Virus record (IMG/VR): IMGVR_UViG_3300014501_000001
Span: 49,097 to 113,096 of that record
Origin: a virus
Direction: 5' to 3' (one strand)
DNA length: 64,000 bases
The position numbers and the translations under genes were made by a program. The notes under the pieces are model-generated. The model saw only the letters and a program-made list of their open reading frames with translations, ran no database searches and was not told the DNA's origin. Positions 17,263 through 27,567 of the stretch are shown piece after piece (within the stretch, counting starts at the first letter, position 1; each line of letters begins with the position of its first letter).

Positions 17263-17428
17263 CTTGGCATCCGTTCCGCCGCCGGCTGAGCCGCCAGCTC
17301 GCCGCTACGATCGGCTCCGGCCTCGTGAGCATCGAGGAAGGGCGCCGCATTCTCGGGGACAACCCGTGGGGGTTGCGGCGCTCCCGCTGGCACCGGCTGC
17401 GCGCGTCCCTCTCGTCGCTGATTGCGCC

Positions 17429-17731
17429 ATGAGCGAGCCGAAGCCCGGTGTCGGCCGCATCGTCCACTACGTCAGCTACGGCACGCCGGGTGGCGAGTAC
17501 GGCCAGGAATGCCGCGCCGCCATCGTCACCGAGACGCTGGAGTTCGAGCCGGGTAGCGCCGAGGAGCATCGCCGGGGTGAGGTCGGCCTGTGCGTGCTCA
17601 ACCCGACCGGCCAGTTCTTCAACCGGGGTGTCCCGTTCGGCAAGGGCGATGCTCCGTGTGTGGCTGGCCAGCTCACGGGGGGTTCCTGGCACTGGCCGGC
17701 GCACGCCGAGCGCGACCCTGACCGGGCCTAG
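17429..17731 (+). CDS. Conserved phage hypothetical protein
   Basis: KPGVGRIVHYV...RAAIVT...GSWHWP motif. Confidence 0.8.
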   Translation: MSEPKPGVGRIVHYVSYGTPGGEYGQECRAAIVTETLEFEPGSAEEHRRGEVGLCVLNPTGQFFNRGVPFGKGDAPCVAGQLTGGSWHWPAHAERDPDRA

Positions 17732-17739
17732 CGAGGTTC

Positions 17740-17940
17740 ATGGCACGCGGCGGACTGTGCGGACGTTGCGGGGGGCGGCGCAGGGGAAGTCAGGCCCGCG
17801 CCGCCCAGCCCGTAGCCCAGTGCGCTGAGTGCGGCTACGCGATCTGCGAACGGCACGCCAGGTGGGATGCCGACGCGGCCCGGGATGTCTGCTCAGCCTG
17901 CGCGCGGCGGCTCGGCCTGCGGGTGATCAGCCGGGGCTAG
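17740..17940 (+). CDS. Small Cys-rich zinc-finger protein
   Basis: RBS GAGG; CGRC, CAEC, CERH, CSAC. Confidence 0.7.
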   Translation: MARGGLCGRCGGRRRGSQARAAQPVAQCAECGYAICERHARWDADAARDVCSACARRLGLRVISRG

Positions 17941-18937
17941 CGCACGGGCTCCGTCTCGATCGTCACCGAGTGCTTGCCGTCCGGGATCACGCTGGTCACG
18001 CGGACATCGCCAGTCCAGGCGCATCCCGTCACGCGGATGATGTCGCCCTCCTCCACGTCCAGGATGCTGGTCTCGGCTATCTCCCCAGGTTTGCTCATGC
18101 CCTCAGCCTGCCACTACCGTCCACGGCAGGCGTGAACGGCCACCGCCCCGCCTTGATCTCCTCCTGGTACCACCGCACGCACGAAGGGCACCGGTAGCCC
18201 TGGAAGAACGGCATCCAGGGGCCTAGCTCCATGCACCTACCGCAGACTCCCCACGCCGGGTCATCCATGTGCTCGGCGGAGTCCTGGGCTCGGGTGTCCT
18301 CGCTCATCGCGGCACCAGCCAGAGCCGCAGCTCAGCCCTGGCGATCGGGATATCCAGCCCGCTATCCCGGTCGCGCCGTATCTCCCCGGTGATCGTGAAC
18401 TCCGGGTGCCGCTCATGCCGGTAGCCGCGATCCTCGGCGGCGATGATGGCCGTCTCCGCGCGCCTGGACAGGGTTGACCGCACCGAGCGCGCCCGGTCCC
18501 AGATGGCTTCCTGGTCATCGGGCAACGGCAGGTCCGCGCCGGGAAAGGGTTTCACGTAGCCCCTGATTTCCAGCCAGCCCAGCGGGGCCTTTCCCGCGCG
18601 GGCCGCGCCTAGCCAGACCGGCGTGATCATGTCCAGCCACAGGTAGGGCTCCAGCGCTTCCGGCAGGTCCGCGCCGGGGTAGTCCGGGGGCAGCCTCAGC
18701 GGCCCGGGTTTTCTCAGGATCGGCATCCACTCAGCCTGCCACGGCAGCTACCGCATCGATGAGCGCGGTCCATACCTGCCTGATCCCGTCCTCCCCGATG
18801 CGGACGAAGCGCTCGGCGGTGACGCGGATCTCGGCCTTCATCAGCGAGCCGGGCTCGGCGGGGTCGGGTACTTCCACGCTCACGTAAATGATGGCCGGCC
18901 AGTCATCCGCCGGTCCTGGTCCTCTTGCGGGAGTCAT
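17937..18937 (-). other. Four small antisense genes (18731-18937, 18304-18726, 18095-18307, 17937-18098) inside the virion operon
   Basis: Closely spaced or ATGA-overlapping ORFs with normal codon use. Confidence 0.65.
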
Positions 18938-18999
18938 TCCCTCAGCCTGCCACCATCGCGCCGAGAGCGCCCGGATGCTCGCGGGGAGGTGATGTCAAA

Positions 19000-19951
19000 A
19001 TGCCCGCCCCGTATCAGACGCCAACGCCCTATATCAACCCAGCTATCCTGACTTCTGCCGCGACAGGCATTTTACCCGGTCTCATGGAGCACTATCCCGA
19101 ACCGGCAGGCGACCCCCGCTGAGCAACTCAGCGAGCAGTACAACCTGTGCCAGCGCGCGACAAACATGGTCGATTCGGCGGCCAACCAGATTCTCCGCGC
19201 CACGGTCACCACGGAGCAGCTGAAAGGCCCCGGCACTACCCGGTTCCAGATCGACAGCATCGGGAACGCGGCCATCATCCTGGCCCGCAGCCCGATCCTC
19301 TCCATCCTCGGCGGCCAGTGCGCTCCCGCTATCCCGCCGCTCCAGTGGACGACGATCCCGGCCAATATGTATGTGGTCGATTCGCCTCCCTTGTCCGTTT
19401 ACGGCACATCGGTTCCCGCCGACGCGGGCGAGTGGGGGCAGTCCGTCACCCTCGGCGGCGGCTACGTCAGCACCTGGAACGGCCGCGGGGGCTACTTCCT
19501 CCAGACGACCTACGTGAACGGGTGGCCCCACTGCTCCCTCACGACTGCCTCCATCGCCGGGGCAACCACGATCCAGGTAGATGACTGCACTGGCTGGGGA
19601 CCGCCGGCGGGAAGCACCCAGGGAGCGGCCGGGGTCATCTACGATCCGGGCGGCGGGGGGCAGCAGGAGACGGCCACCGTCACGCTGGCATCGGCGACGA
19701 CCGGGCCGGGGACGCTGACGATCACCCCGGCCCTGACGTGGCCGCACTCGCAGGGGATCATATTCAGCGGGATGGCCTCAACCCTTCAGTGGGCCGCCAT
19801 CCTGTTCGGCGTCGCCCAGGCCCTCACCAGGGGCGCCACGGCGACCACCCCGCAGACGATCTCGCCTGCCGGGATCAGCACCGGCAGCGGGGCGGACGCG
19901 CTCATGAAGGCCGCGAAGCTGATGGTGCGCGACTTCAAGAGGATCTGGTAG
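19000..19951 (+). CDS. Head-tail connector-like protein with a +1 frame break near 19070-19081
   Basis: RBS GGAGGT and ATG 19000 give MPAPYQTPTPYINPAILTSAATGI; the +1 frame continues SWSTIPNRQ...QRATNMVD...TYVNGWPH...VRDFKRIW. Confidence 0.75.
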
Positions 19952-19955
19952 CCCG

Positions 19956-20468
19956 GTGCCCATCCTCACAGCCCAGACCTGGGTCTACAGCATCCTGAAC
20001 GGGATGCCGATCCCCGGCAACAACACGCCGCTCGCGGTGTTCGTCACCCCGCCGAACCCGGAAGAGGACCAGCTCGACCCGCACGTCTACGTCTGGCCGT
20101 CCGCAGGCTCGGAGGCCCGCGAGTCCCTGCCCCGCGCCGGGGTCCCGAGCGTGGGCACCACCCAGTCAGGGTGGAAGCAGGTCTGGCACTCCATCGACGT
20201 GTGGATCAACTGGTTCGATGACGACAGCGACCCGACCCCGGACTTCTCCTTCCCGGTGATAGTCGATGCGGTCATGGACGTACTGCGGACCTGCCAGGAC
20301 CCGGTGATGCTGACGGACCCGGTAACAGGGCGGTACTCCCAGGTGTTCGCCACCGGGGAGCGGCTCACCTACGACATTGCCATCCCCAGGGGCGTGAACG
20401 CTGACCAGCGCATTTTGAGGTACGACGCGCGGATCGCGGCGAGAGTCGGGGAATCGTTCCAGGCATGA
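19956..20468 (+). CDS. Putative tail terminator/neck protein
   Basis: Size and position between the connector and the major tail gene. Confidence 0.6.
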   Translation: MPILTAQTWVYSILNGMPIPGNNTPLAVFVTPPNPEEDQLDPHVYVWPSAGSEARESLPRAGVPSVGTTQSGWKQVWHSIDVWINWFDDDSDPTPDFSFPVIVDAVMDVLRTCQDPVMLTDPVTGRYSQVFATGERLTYDIAIPRGVNADQRILRYDARIAARVGESFQA

Positions 20469-20851
20469 GCTTCAGGTTCGGCGTCGTGGAGATCGACGGC
20501 CAGAGAGTTGTCATGGATTCCGTCGATGCAATGTACGTCCGGGCGCAGCAGCGCGGCGACACGGAACTCATGAAGATCCTTGAAGAACGCGCCGAGAGGG
20601 AATCTGCCCGCTCAGGGCGCTACTGAGCCGTAGCCCTCGTACGGCACCGTGTCCAGCACGACGGCGCTGCCTTTCTCGCCAGCAAGGAACCATGCCACGT
20701 CCCCGGATGCTTCTTCCCCGCGCATCATGGCCGCCGTTTTCTCGTCGCTGAGTTTGCGCGGCTCGCCGCAGCCGACCTCGTACCAGCCGTCCTCGGGCGC
20801 TATCCAGTCGCTCATCGTTCCATCGTCCCACCATCCTCGTCCCGGAGGTGC

Positions 20852-21127
20852 ATGGCCCTTCAGACCTACGTAGGCCCGCAGGAACAGGTCTTCCCGCACT
20901 TGCGTGCCCTCGACGGGGAGCCCGGCACCCTCGTGCTGCGCCCCGGCGAGTCCTACGACTTCGGCGGCGGGCTTGAGGGCTACAAGGAACCCCCTGGTCC
21001 CGCGTGGTGGTGGAAGCCCGCAGAAGCCCCTGCGGCAGCCTCAGCGCCCGCGCCCGCGAAGGCCCCGCCTGCGGCTCCCGCGGCGGTCCCGGCAGCGGCT
21101 GGTGCCGCAGAGAAGGCGGAGGGCTGA
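20852..21127 (+). CDS. Hypothetical protein
   Basis: RBS GGAGG; Ala/Pro-rich tail; precedes the major tail gene. Confidence 0.7.
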   Translation: MALQTYVGPQEQVFPHLRALDGEPGTLVLRPGESYDFGGGLEGYKEPPGPAWWWKPAEAPAAASAPAPAKAPPAAPAAVPAAAGAAEKAEG

Positions 21128-21130
21128 GGC

Positions 21131-22411
21131 ATGGCACTCACCGTTCCCAGCGCCATCTACCCCTCCGAGCGGCGGTCCCTCGGGATCGCCAAGGAGGCCA
21201 CTCCCGGCACGGGCGTCAACGCCGCCTACACGATCCCCGTCAAGGGCTTCGTCCCCGAGGACAAGGTCACGGGGCTGCTGGATGAGTCGCTGCGGTCCTC
21301 GATGGCCGCCGTCTACGGATACACGCAGGGTGTCTACGTCGCGGACATCACGATCGACGCATCCCCCGTTTACGGGGACACGATCGGGCACATGCTCCTC
21401 AATGTCCTCGGGGACTACACGGCGCAGGGCACCCCGTCCGGGACGATCACGACCACGGTCAACAACGGGCCGGGCTACCCCGCCGGCACGACCGGGGCCA
21501 TCACCATTACGGCGGGCAGTGGGTTCAGCGCCGGGTTCGTGCAACTCGGCACCACGACCACGGCCGAGGTCGTCCAGATCACCGGGGCGACCTCCACGAC
21601 GGCCACGATCGCGACGACCACGCCGACGCGGCTGGCGCACGCCAACGCCGCTGCCATCACGCAGGTCACGGGGCCTTACGCCCATGTGTTCAGTGAGCTG
21701 AACGGGACCGGGAACTGCCAGCCGCCCACCCACACTCTCACCGACGCTAATTATATCAATAGCGTCTTTTCCCGTTGGTATCCGATGAGCTGTTTCTCGG
21801 AGATCACATTGACGGGCAACGCCGAGGGCATCCTCATGTGGTCCGGGAAGGCCATGGGGTTCGCCAACTCGATCCCCGGCACCGCACCGACCGTCAACGT
21901 GTCCACGGTGGCACAGCAGCCGGCGTGGAACTCGCAGGTGGGCATCGGCGGAACGGTGGCAGGCTCGCCGGTGTATAACGTGGGCGAGTGGGAGTACACC
22001 ATCACAAGAGTGGTGGAACCATATTTTACGGCGGATGGCAGCCAAAATCCGTACGTAATAGGGCGAGGCAAGCTTTCGGCGGCAACCAAGGTCAACTTTG
22101 CCCCGGCCGCAATCCAGGCATCCCAGTCATCGCCGTACAACGCCGGCGACTACGAATTGCTGGAACTTCTGAACAACAACCAGCCGCAGACGCAGGTGAT
22201 CGCGACCAACGGGCTGGCCAGCACGAACCTGGTCAAGCTCCAGATCGACAGCCAGGTAACAGCCTTCGAGACCAGCGTCATCGAGCCGAGTAAGGCTTTG
22301 CTGGGTTTCAACAACACGGCTGAGCTGATCGCCAACACGACGAATACGGGCAATAGTGCTGGATTCAGCCCAATACAGGTGACTCTGGTCAACAACCTGC
22401 CCACATTCTAA
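21131..22411 (+). CDS. Major tail (tube) protein
   Basis: LGIAKEATPGT, DESLRSS and YAHVFS motifs; upstream of the chaperone and tape measure genes. Confidence 0.85.
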   Translation: MALTVPSAIYPSERRSLGIAKEATPGTGVNAAYTIPVKGFVPEDKVTGLLDESLRSSMAAVYGYTQGVYVADITIDASPVYGDTIGHMLLNVLGDYTAQGTPSGTITTTVNNGPGYPAGTTGAITITAGSGFSAGFVQLGTTTTAEVVQITGATSTTATIATTTPTRLAHANAAAITQVTGPYAHVFSELNGTGNCQPPTHTLTDANYINSVFSRWYPMSCFSEITLTGNAEGILMWSGKAMGFANSIPGTAPTVNVSTVAQQPAWNSQVGIGGTVAGSPVYNVGEWEYTITRVVEPYFTADGSQNPYVIGRGKLSAATKVNFAPAAIQASQSSPYNAGDYELLELLNNNQPQTQVIATNGLASTNLVKLQIDSQVTAFETSVIEPSKALLGFNNTAELIANTTNTGNSAGFSPIQVTLVNNLPTF

Positions 22412-22437
22412 GACAAACCGGACAACTGGAGACGCAT

Positions 22438-22800
22438 GTGGCACACGTAGAACTCCCTGACGGGCAGTCGGCCGAACTCAAGGACCCGGACAGCCTGACC
22501 GGCGAGGACGAGGTGAAGGTCCGGTCAGCGGTCAAGATCAGGGGCGCCGGGGAGGATGACGGCGGGGAGAAATCCGAGGGCTTCACCGCCACGGCGGCCG
22601 GGACGACGCTGATGGAGTACGCGATGCTGGCCCGCGTCATCACGTCCTGGTCCCTGCCGCAGCCGATTAACGTGCTGAATATCAGGGCGCTGAAACTGTC
22701 GCAGCTGCGCCCGCTCCGTGCCGCGATCAAGCCGCACATGGAGGAGCTGGCGAACGACCCAAACGACCAGAGCGCTGGAGAGACAGATACCGCCTCCTAG
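22438..22800 (+). CDS. Tail assembly chaperone (G-like)
   Basis: Position, ITSWSL motif and slippery C CCA AAC at 22758-22764. Confidence 0.85.
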   Translation: MAHVELPDGQSAELKDPDSLTGEDEVKVRSAVKIRGAGEDDGGEKSEGFTATAAGTTLMEYAMLARVITSWSLPQPINVLNIRALKLSQLRPLRAAIKPHMEELANDPNDQSAGETDTAS

Positions 22801-23003
22801 CGCTCCTCCAGGGCAAGGAAGGACCGCTGCCGTCCGACCTGGACGAGTGGGACGTGCGGTGCATCGCCCTGTATGCGAGGAACCAGAACTGGACTCCTGA
22901 CGTGATCCGGTCTATCCCGCTGCGGCACTGGCGCTACCTGCCGACGCTCTGGGAAGCGCTGGCGGCGATGCAGGACCCTGACCGGCCGGGAAACAAGCGC
23001 TAG
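22758..23003 (+). CDS. Tail assembly chaperone GT extension via programmed -1 frameshift
   Basis: The -1 frame reads RPERWRDRYRLLALL...NWTPDVIRSIPLRHW...NKR* to the TAG at 23001-23003. Confidence 0.8.
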   Translation, partial: PKRPERWRDRYRLLALLQGKEGPLPSDLDEWDVRCIALYARNQNWTPDVIRSIPLRHWRYLPTLWEALAAMQDPDRPGNKR

Positions 23004-23209
23004 CGGGCCACGCGCTCGTCCCATCCTGCGGGTAGCTGCCGGTCGCAGCCGGGGCACAGCCACGCGACGGTCTCGCCGCTGGCGATGTTAACCGGCACGG
23101 CGCCTGCGTGAGCACACGGCCCGAGGACGGCACTCAGCCGGGCGTAGCCGAGTTCGAGGTCAGCCATGGTGGTCACCCGCTCATTCTCCCACGCTGAGGC
23201 GGTGAGCGC

Positions 23210-23698
23210 ATAGCCACCTTCGCGGAGCATGTCGCGGCGATCGGCCGCCTGGAGGGGGCCGCTAACCCCGGCGCGGAAATGGCCGCGAACAACATGGCGG
23301 ACGCCTTCAGGCCGGCCGTGCAGAGCGTCCTGCTGGCCCGCAGTCACGCCTTCTCGACGCAGACCCCCTCGCAGCCCGGGACGCCCCCGGCGGCTATCTC
23401 CGGGGCGCTGGCGGGGTCGATGCTGAATGACGCGGCGATCGAGATAGCCCCGGAGACGTGGCGGTCCCGGTCTGGCCCGACTACCCGGTACGGGCGGATC
23501 CAGGAACTCGGGGGCTGGATGTCCGGCCACCCGGAGATGCACTGGATGCAGCCGCCGGGAATCTGGCATCACAGCACGGGGCATGCACTGCCGCCCCGGC
23601 CGTACCTCAAGCCGACGCTTGACCTGCTCGCGGGTGACGGGACGCTGACGGAGGCTGCGGCCGAGGGTTTCGGGGCCGCGCTGCGAGCGGTGGTTTAG
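23210..23698 (+). CDS. HK97 gp10-like neck/tail-completion protein; probable ATA start
   Basis: TPSQPGTPPAAISGALAGS, YGRIQELGG, LPPRPYLKP; RBS GAGGCGGTGA before ATA 23210. Confidence 0.8.
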   Translation: MATFAEHVAAIGRLEGAANPGAEMAANNMADAFRPAVQSVLLARSHAFSTQTPSQPGTPPAAISGALAGSMLNDAAIEIAPETWRSRSGPTTRYGRIQELGGWMSGHPEMHWMQPPGIWHHSTGHALPPRPYLKPTLDLLAGDGTLTEAAAEGFGAALRAVV

Positions 23699-23704
23699 GG
23701 CGTT

Positions 23705-26650
23705 ATGGCCGATTATCTCGAACCGGTCCTGGCAACATTCATCGCGGACGCAAACCGGTACCTCGGCCCGGTGAAAGACATGCGGACGGCTGCCCTGCTG
23801 GCCGAGAAGGCCAATGACGCCCTGATGGAGTCCTGCGTACGCCTCGATGACGTCCTCGATGACGTGTCCCTCTCAGCGGGCGCGGCGGCGCGGGAAATGA
23901 ACGACCTGCGGAACGCCGTGGGCGAGGCGGCGCTGGCGGATTCCCGGCTCGTCTCCGAGATGAACGACCTGCGGACTGCCGTCGCGGAGAACACGATCGC
24001 CGTTAACACCCTGGCAGGCCGGGTCAATGACCTGCGGACCTCATTCATCACGGCTGCTGCTGCCGCCGCCGCGCTGGGGAAGGCATCGGATGCTGCCGGG
24101 GGGCGGGCCGCAGTGGCGGGCGCGGGCATGCGCCTGTTCGGCACCGGCATCCGCCTGACCGGGAACGCGATCCACTGGCTGATCGCCGGGACCACCGAGT
24201 TCCTCGCCGTCGCCATCCCCGCCACGGTCGCCGCCGGGGCCTGGGCTGCCGCATGGGCCCAGGGCGCGCAGAACGTGGAGCAGCACATGACGGCCGTCTA
24301 CACGGCCACTGAGGCCACGTCGAAGATGTTCCATGTCACGGCCGGGCAGGCGGTCGGCCTCGGGGATGCCCTGCAGAAAGCCCAGAATGCCGCTAACCCG
24401 AACGTGTACCAGGCGCTCGGCTCGGCCGTGCTCATCATCAGGGAGCGGTTCACCGGGCTAGCGCAGGTAGGCGTGCGGGTCGGGCGGATCTTCGACGGCT
24501 TCGCGGCGAAACTTGTCTATGACTTCTCGGCGGCAGGAGGGGCCGGGGCGAAGCTGACGGGGCTGCTGTCAGACGCGGTTCCCGATCTGGTCATGTTCGG
24601 GCAGATCTTCGGCAACATCGGGCATGCCCTGCTGAATTTCGCGTCCGACATGCCGGGGCTCGCGGAGGGGCTGCTGCTGTTCCTCGATGCCGTGTCGCGG
24701 GTGATCCTTGCCATCTCGAAGCTGCCCCGCTACGTGATCATGGGCGCGATGGCGTTCGAGGAGTTCAATCGCTGGGGCGGCCTGGCGGTCACGGTCCTGG
24801 GGAAGCTCGGGTTCTCCACCACGGCACTGTCGGGCGGGTTCTTCAGCCTTGAGCGGGCCAGCGGCGTCTTCATGAACATCTTCCGCGCGCTGCCGCTGGC
24901 CCTCGCCGCCGGAATCCAGAAGCTCGGCGATTTCATCATGACCATCGGGCCCTTCGACGGGAAGATCAACGCCGCCGGCCAGAGCGTGCTCATGTTCGGG
25001 CAGGATCTTGAGGAAGGCATCGCCGGCATGTCCGTGGGGGCGGCGCTGGGGATTACCGCCGTTACCGCGGCGATGGGGTTCCTGATCTACAAGGCCGTCA
25101 CGGCGAAGACGGCCGCGCAGGACTTCGCGGCGTCCTTGCAGGGTATCGCCAACAAGGCATCCAACTTCCAGGTGCTCAACGTGCTGGCCGCCAACATGGG
25201 GGTCCTGCACGAGAAGGCGCAGGCGGCACAGAGTTCCGTCAGCAGGCTGAATGGGGTGCTGGCGGCCGGGCACGCGGCGGGGCAGTACAGCACCAACCTG
25301 CGGTCCGTGGGCGCCGCGCTGGCCATGGACACGCAGACCGCGAATACCTTCACCGCCGCGCAGCAGAGCATGGACAGGCAGTTCGTCACGGTCGGGCGGC
25401 ACGCCGGGGACCTCGCAGGCACCTACCACACGACTCTCCTTGGCGCGATGGCGCTCGCCACGACCGCCGGGGTGAAGCTGAACGCGACCATGAGCAAGCA
25501 GGCGTGGGCGATGGCGCAGATCAAGATCGCCTCCCTGGTGCAGGGCTACCGGTCGATGGGCCAGCCGATGGGCGTCGTCGGCTCCGACATGACGGCGCTT
25601 GCGATCCAGTCCGGGCTCGCCGCGACGAAGGTGTCCGCGCTGAACCAGGCGTGGGACGAGTTCATGCAGAACCTCACCGGGGGAACTTCCGGCCTCGCCG
25701 GGTTCGTGACCTCCATGAAGAACATCGGCCAGGTCGCGGGCACGACGAGCAATAACCTGGCCACCTCGACGGGCAGCATGACGCTGAGCACGAAGCAGTT
25801 CGCGGATGCCCTGACCCATTACACGGCCAGGGGCGCGTCGGCGTGGACGAACTTCGACCAGGTGGTCGGGTCCACCATCCCGCAGGTGACCGACTGGCTG
25901 CGGACCGCCGGCGCGGAGGGCGCGATCTCCGGGGCGAAGTTCACGCAGGCCATCCTCGGCATGGTCAGGCCGCTGATCCCGCTCGCCGCCAAGAGCAAGG
26001 CGGCGCAGGCCGAGATTCTCGGGCTCGTCCAGCAGGCCGACCCGGCCGTGAAGACGTGGGGCCAGCTGTCCAAGGCCATCAAGGACGCCGGGGCTTCGAC
26101 TTCCCAGACCGGGAAGGACATCAACGGGGCGACGATCAAGATGGGCAACATGGCGCAGGTCGCCCAGCAGCTCGGGAACGTGCTGTCCGCCGACCTCAAC
26201 AACATGATGGCCGAGGCCCGGCTGAAAGTGTCCGGGGTGTCGCAGGCACTGGTGACCTACGACCAGAAAATCCGCGACGGCACGTCCGGCACGCTCAGCG
26301 GCCACAGGGCGCTGCAGACGCTCATCAAGGACATCATGTGGGCGACCGGCGACACGTACAAGCAGGCCGCCGCGCTGGCGAAGCTCCAGGCCCAGTGGAA
26401 CAACTGGCACCCGGCGACGAAGACCCTGACCACGGACCTGGTGACCAGCGGATCGGTCCCCGGCTCGGGGGGGCGCCACTTCACCGGGGGGCAGCCCGGC
26501 ACCGGCAACTCGGTGATGATCGTCCACCAGCACATCGCCGGGTCAGTGCTCTCTGATCAGCAGCTTGCCCGCGCCGCTCAGGGCGCCGGGCTGCGGAAGA
26601 CGCGGAGAAACGGGTCAACGATGACTTACATCCCGGGTCGCCTGCACTAG
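23705..26650 (+). CDS. Tape measure protein
   Basis: 981 aa, Ala-rich and helical, with 21-aa NDLR repeats and a central hydrophobic region; follows the chaperone genes. Confidence 0.9.
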   Translation: MADYLEPVLATFIADANRYLGPVKDMRTAALLAEKANDALMESCVRLDDVLDDVSLSAGAAAREMNDLRNAVGEAALADSRLVSEMNDLRTAVAENTIAVNTLAGRVNDLRTSFITAAAAAAALGKASDAAGGRAAVAGAGMRLFGTGIRLTGNAIHWLIAGTTEFLAVAIPATVAAGAWAAAWAQGAQNVEQHMTAVYTATEATSKMFHVTAGQAVGLGDALQKAQNAANPNVYQALGSAVLIIRERFTGLAQVGVRVGRIFDGFAAKLVYDFSAAGGAGAKLTGLLSDAVPDLVMFGQIFGNIGHALLNFASDMPGLAEGLLLFLDAVSRVILAISKLPRYVIMGAMAFEEFNRWGGLAVTVLGKLGFSTTALSGGFFSLERASGVFMNIFRALPLALAAGIQKLGDFIMTIGPFDGKINAAGQSVLMFGQDLEEGIAGMSVGAALGITAVTAAMGFLIYKAVTAKTAAQDFAASLQGIANKASNFQVLNVLAANMGVLHEKAQAAQSSVSRLNGVLAAGHAAGQYSTNLRSVGAALAMDTQTANTFTAAQQSMDRQFVTVGRHAGDLAGTYHTTLLGAMALATTAGVKLNATMSKQAWAMAQIKIASLVQGYRSMGQPMGVVGSDMTALAIQSGLAATKVSALNQAWDEFMQNLTGGTSGLAGFVTSMKNIGQVAGTTSNNLATSTGSMTLSTKQFADALTHYTARGASAWTNFDQVVGSTIPQVTDWLRTAGAEGAISGAKFTQAILGMVRPLIPLAAKSKAAQAEILGLVQQADPAVKTWGQLSKAIKDAGASTSQTGKDINGATIKMGNMAQVAQQLGNVLSADLNNMMAEARLKVSGVSQALVTYDQKIRDGTSGTLSGHRALQTLIKDIMWATGDTYKQAAALAKLQAQWNNWHPATKTLTTDLVTSGSVPGSGGRHFTGGQPGTGNSVMIVHQHIAGSVLSDQQLARAAQGAGLRKTRRNGSTMTYIPGRLH

Positions 26651-26736
26651 CGCGGATCCCCCGCACCGCCTTTCCCTTCCCCTGTTACCGGCGCGCGGGT
26701 CCTTCTCCCGTGGCTGACGCGAGAGGACCCCCGCAG

Positions 26737-27198
26737 ATGGCCCTGACCCCGCACGTCTTCCCCCAGTTCGCCATCGGGCTCGGCGTCGGCGACATCGCTC
26801 TTACCGGCGGCACGTACAAGGTCGCGCTGTCCGACGCCGCCGGGCCGATCGGGCTGAGCACGTCGGGTGTCTCGACGGCGAAGCTGTTTACCGACTGGAC
26901 CAGCAACGTCGCCGCGGAGATCACCGGGACCGGCTACACGGCGGGAGGCGTGGCCGTATCCTCGCCGACTTTCACGGCGGGAGGTTCGAACAACACTGTC
27001 GCGACCTGGACGAGCGCCTCCAACCCGCAGTGGACCAGCGCGACGTTCACGGCCAACCAGGCGATCTACTACGAGAGCACCGCGTCCACCTATCAGCTGA
27101 TCTGCTTCTGGGATTTCGGCGGCGCGGTCACCGTCACATCCTCGACATTTACGCTGACAATAAACGGGTCAGGACTTCTCACGGCAACGGCATCGTAA
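26737..27198 (+). CDS. Minor tail protein
   Basis: YKVAL...EITGTGYTAGG...LICFWDFG...FTLT motif; RBS GAGG. Confidence 0.75.
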   Translation: MALTPHVFPQFAIGLGVGDIALTGGTYKVALSDAAGPIGLSTSGVSTAKLFTDWTSNVAAEITGTGYTAGGVAVSSPTFTAGGSNNTVATWTSASNPQWTSATFTANQAIYYESTASTYQLICFWDFGGAVTVTSSTFTLTINGSGLLTATAS

Positions 27199-27202
27199 TC
27201 CG

Positions 27203-27565
27203 GTGGATGCCGCCGCGAGGGAACTCCTGGACGCCTGCGCCCCGCACGTGCCGACCGCGCTCCTGGCGCACCTGTACCGGCTCGGGGAGCCGTTCCCGGA
27301 GCAGGCCGAACCCCGTCCGGAACGCGATCTGGCCTGGATCCTGGGGCGGGTCACCTGCCTGGGCTGCGAACTCCACGGCGACGGCTACCTGCGGTTCTGG
27401 TGCGATGACTGCCATTCGGTGATGTTCCAGCCGTTCACTGACCGGGGGGTAGCGCACGGGCTCCGGGTGGACATCCACCACAAGCCGGACTGCTGCGCCG
27501 AGCGGAAGATCAGGTACGAGGCAACCGGGATACCGCCGGTGTGGCCTGACCGGCTGGACGAGTAG
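27203..27565 (+). CDS. Hypothetical protein
   Basis: Fills the gap between tail genes; contains Cys/His clusters. Confidence 0.6.
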   Translation: MDAAARELLDACAPHVPTALLAHLYRLGEPFPEQAEPRPERDLAWILGRVTCLGCELHGDGYLRFWCDDCHSVMFQPFTDRGVAHGLRVDIHHKPDCCAERKIRYEATGIPPVWPDRLDE

Positions 27566-27567
27566 TA

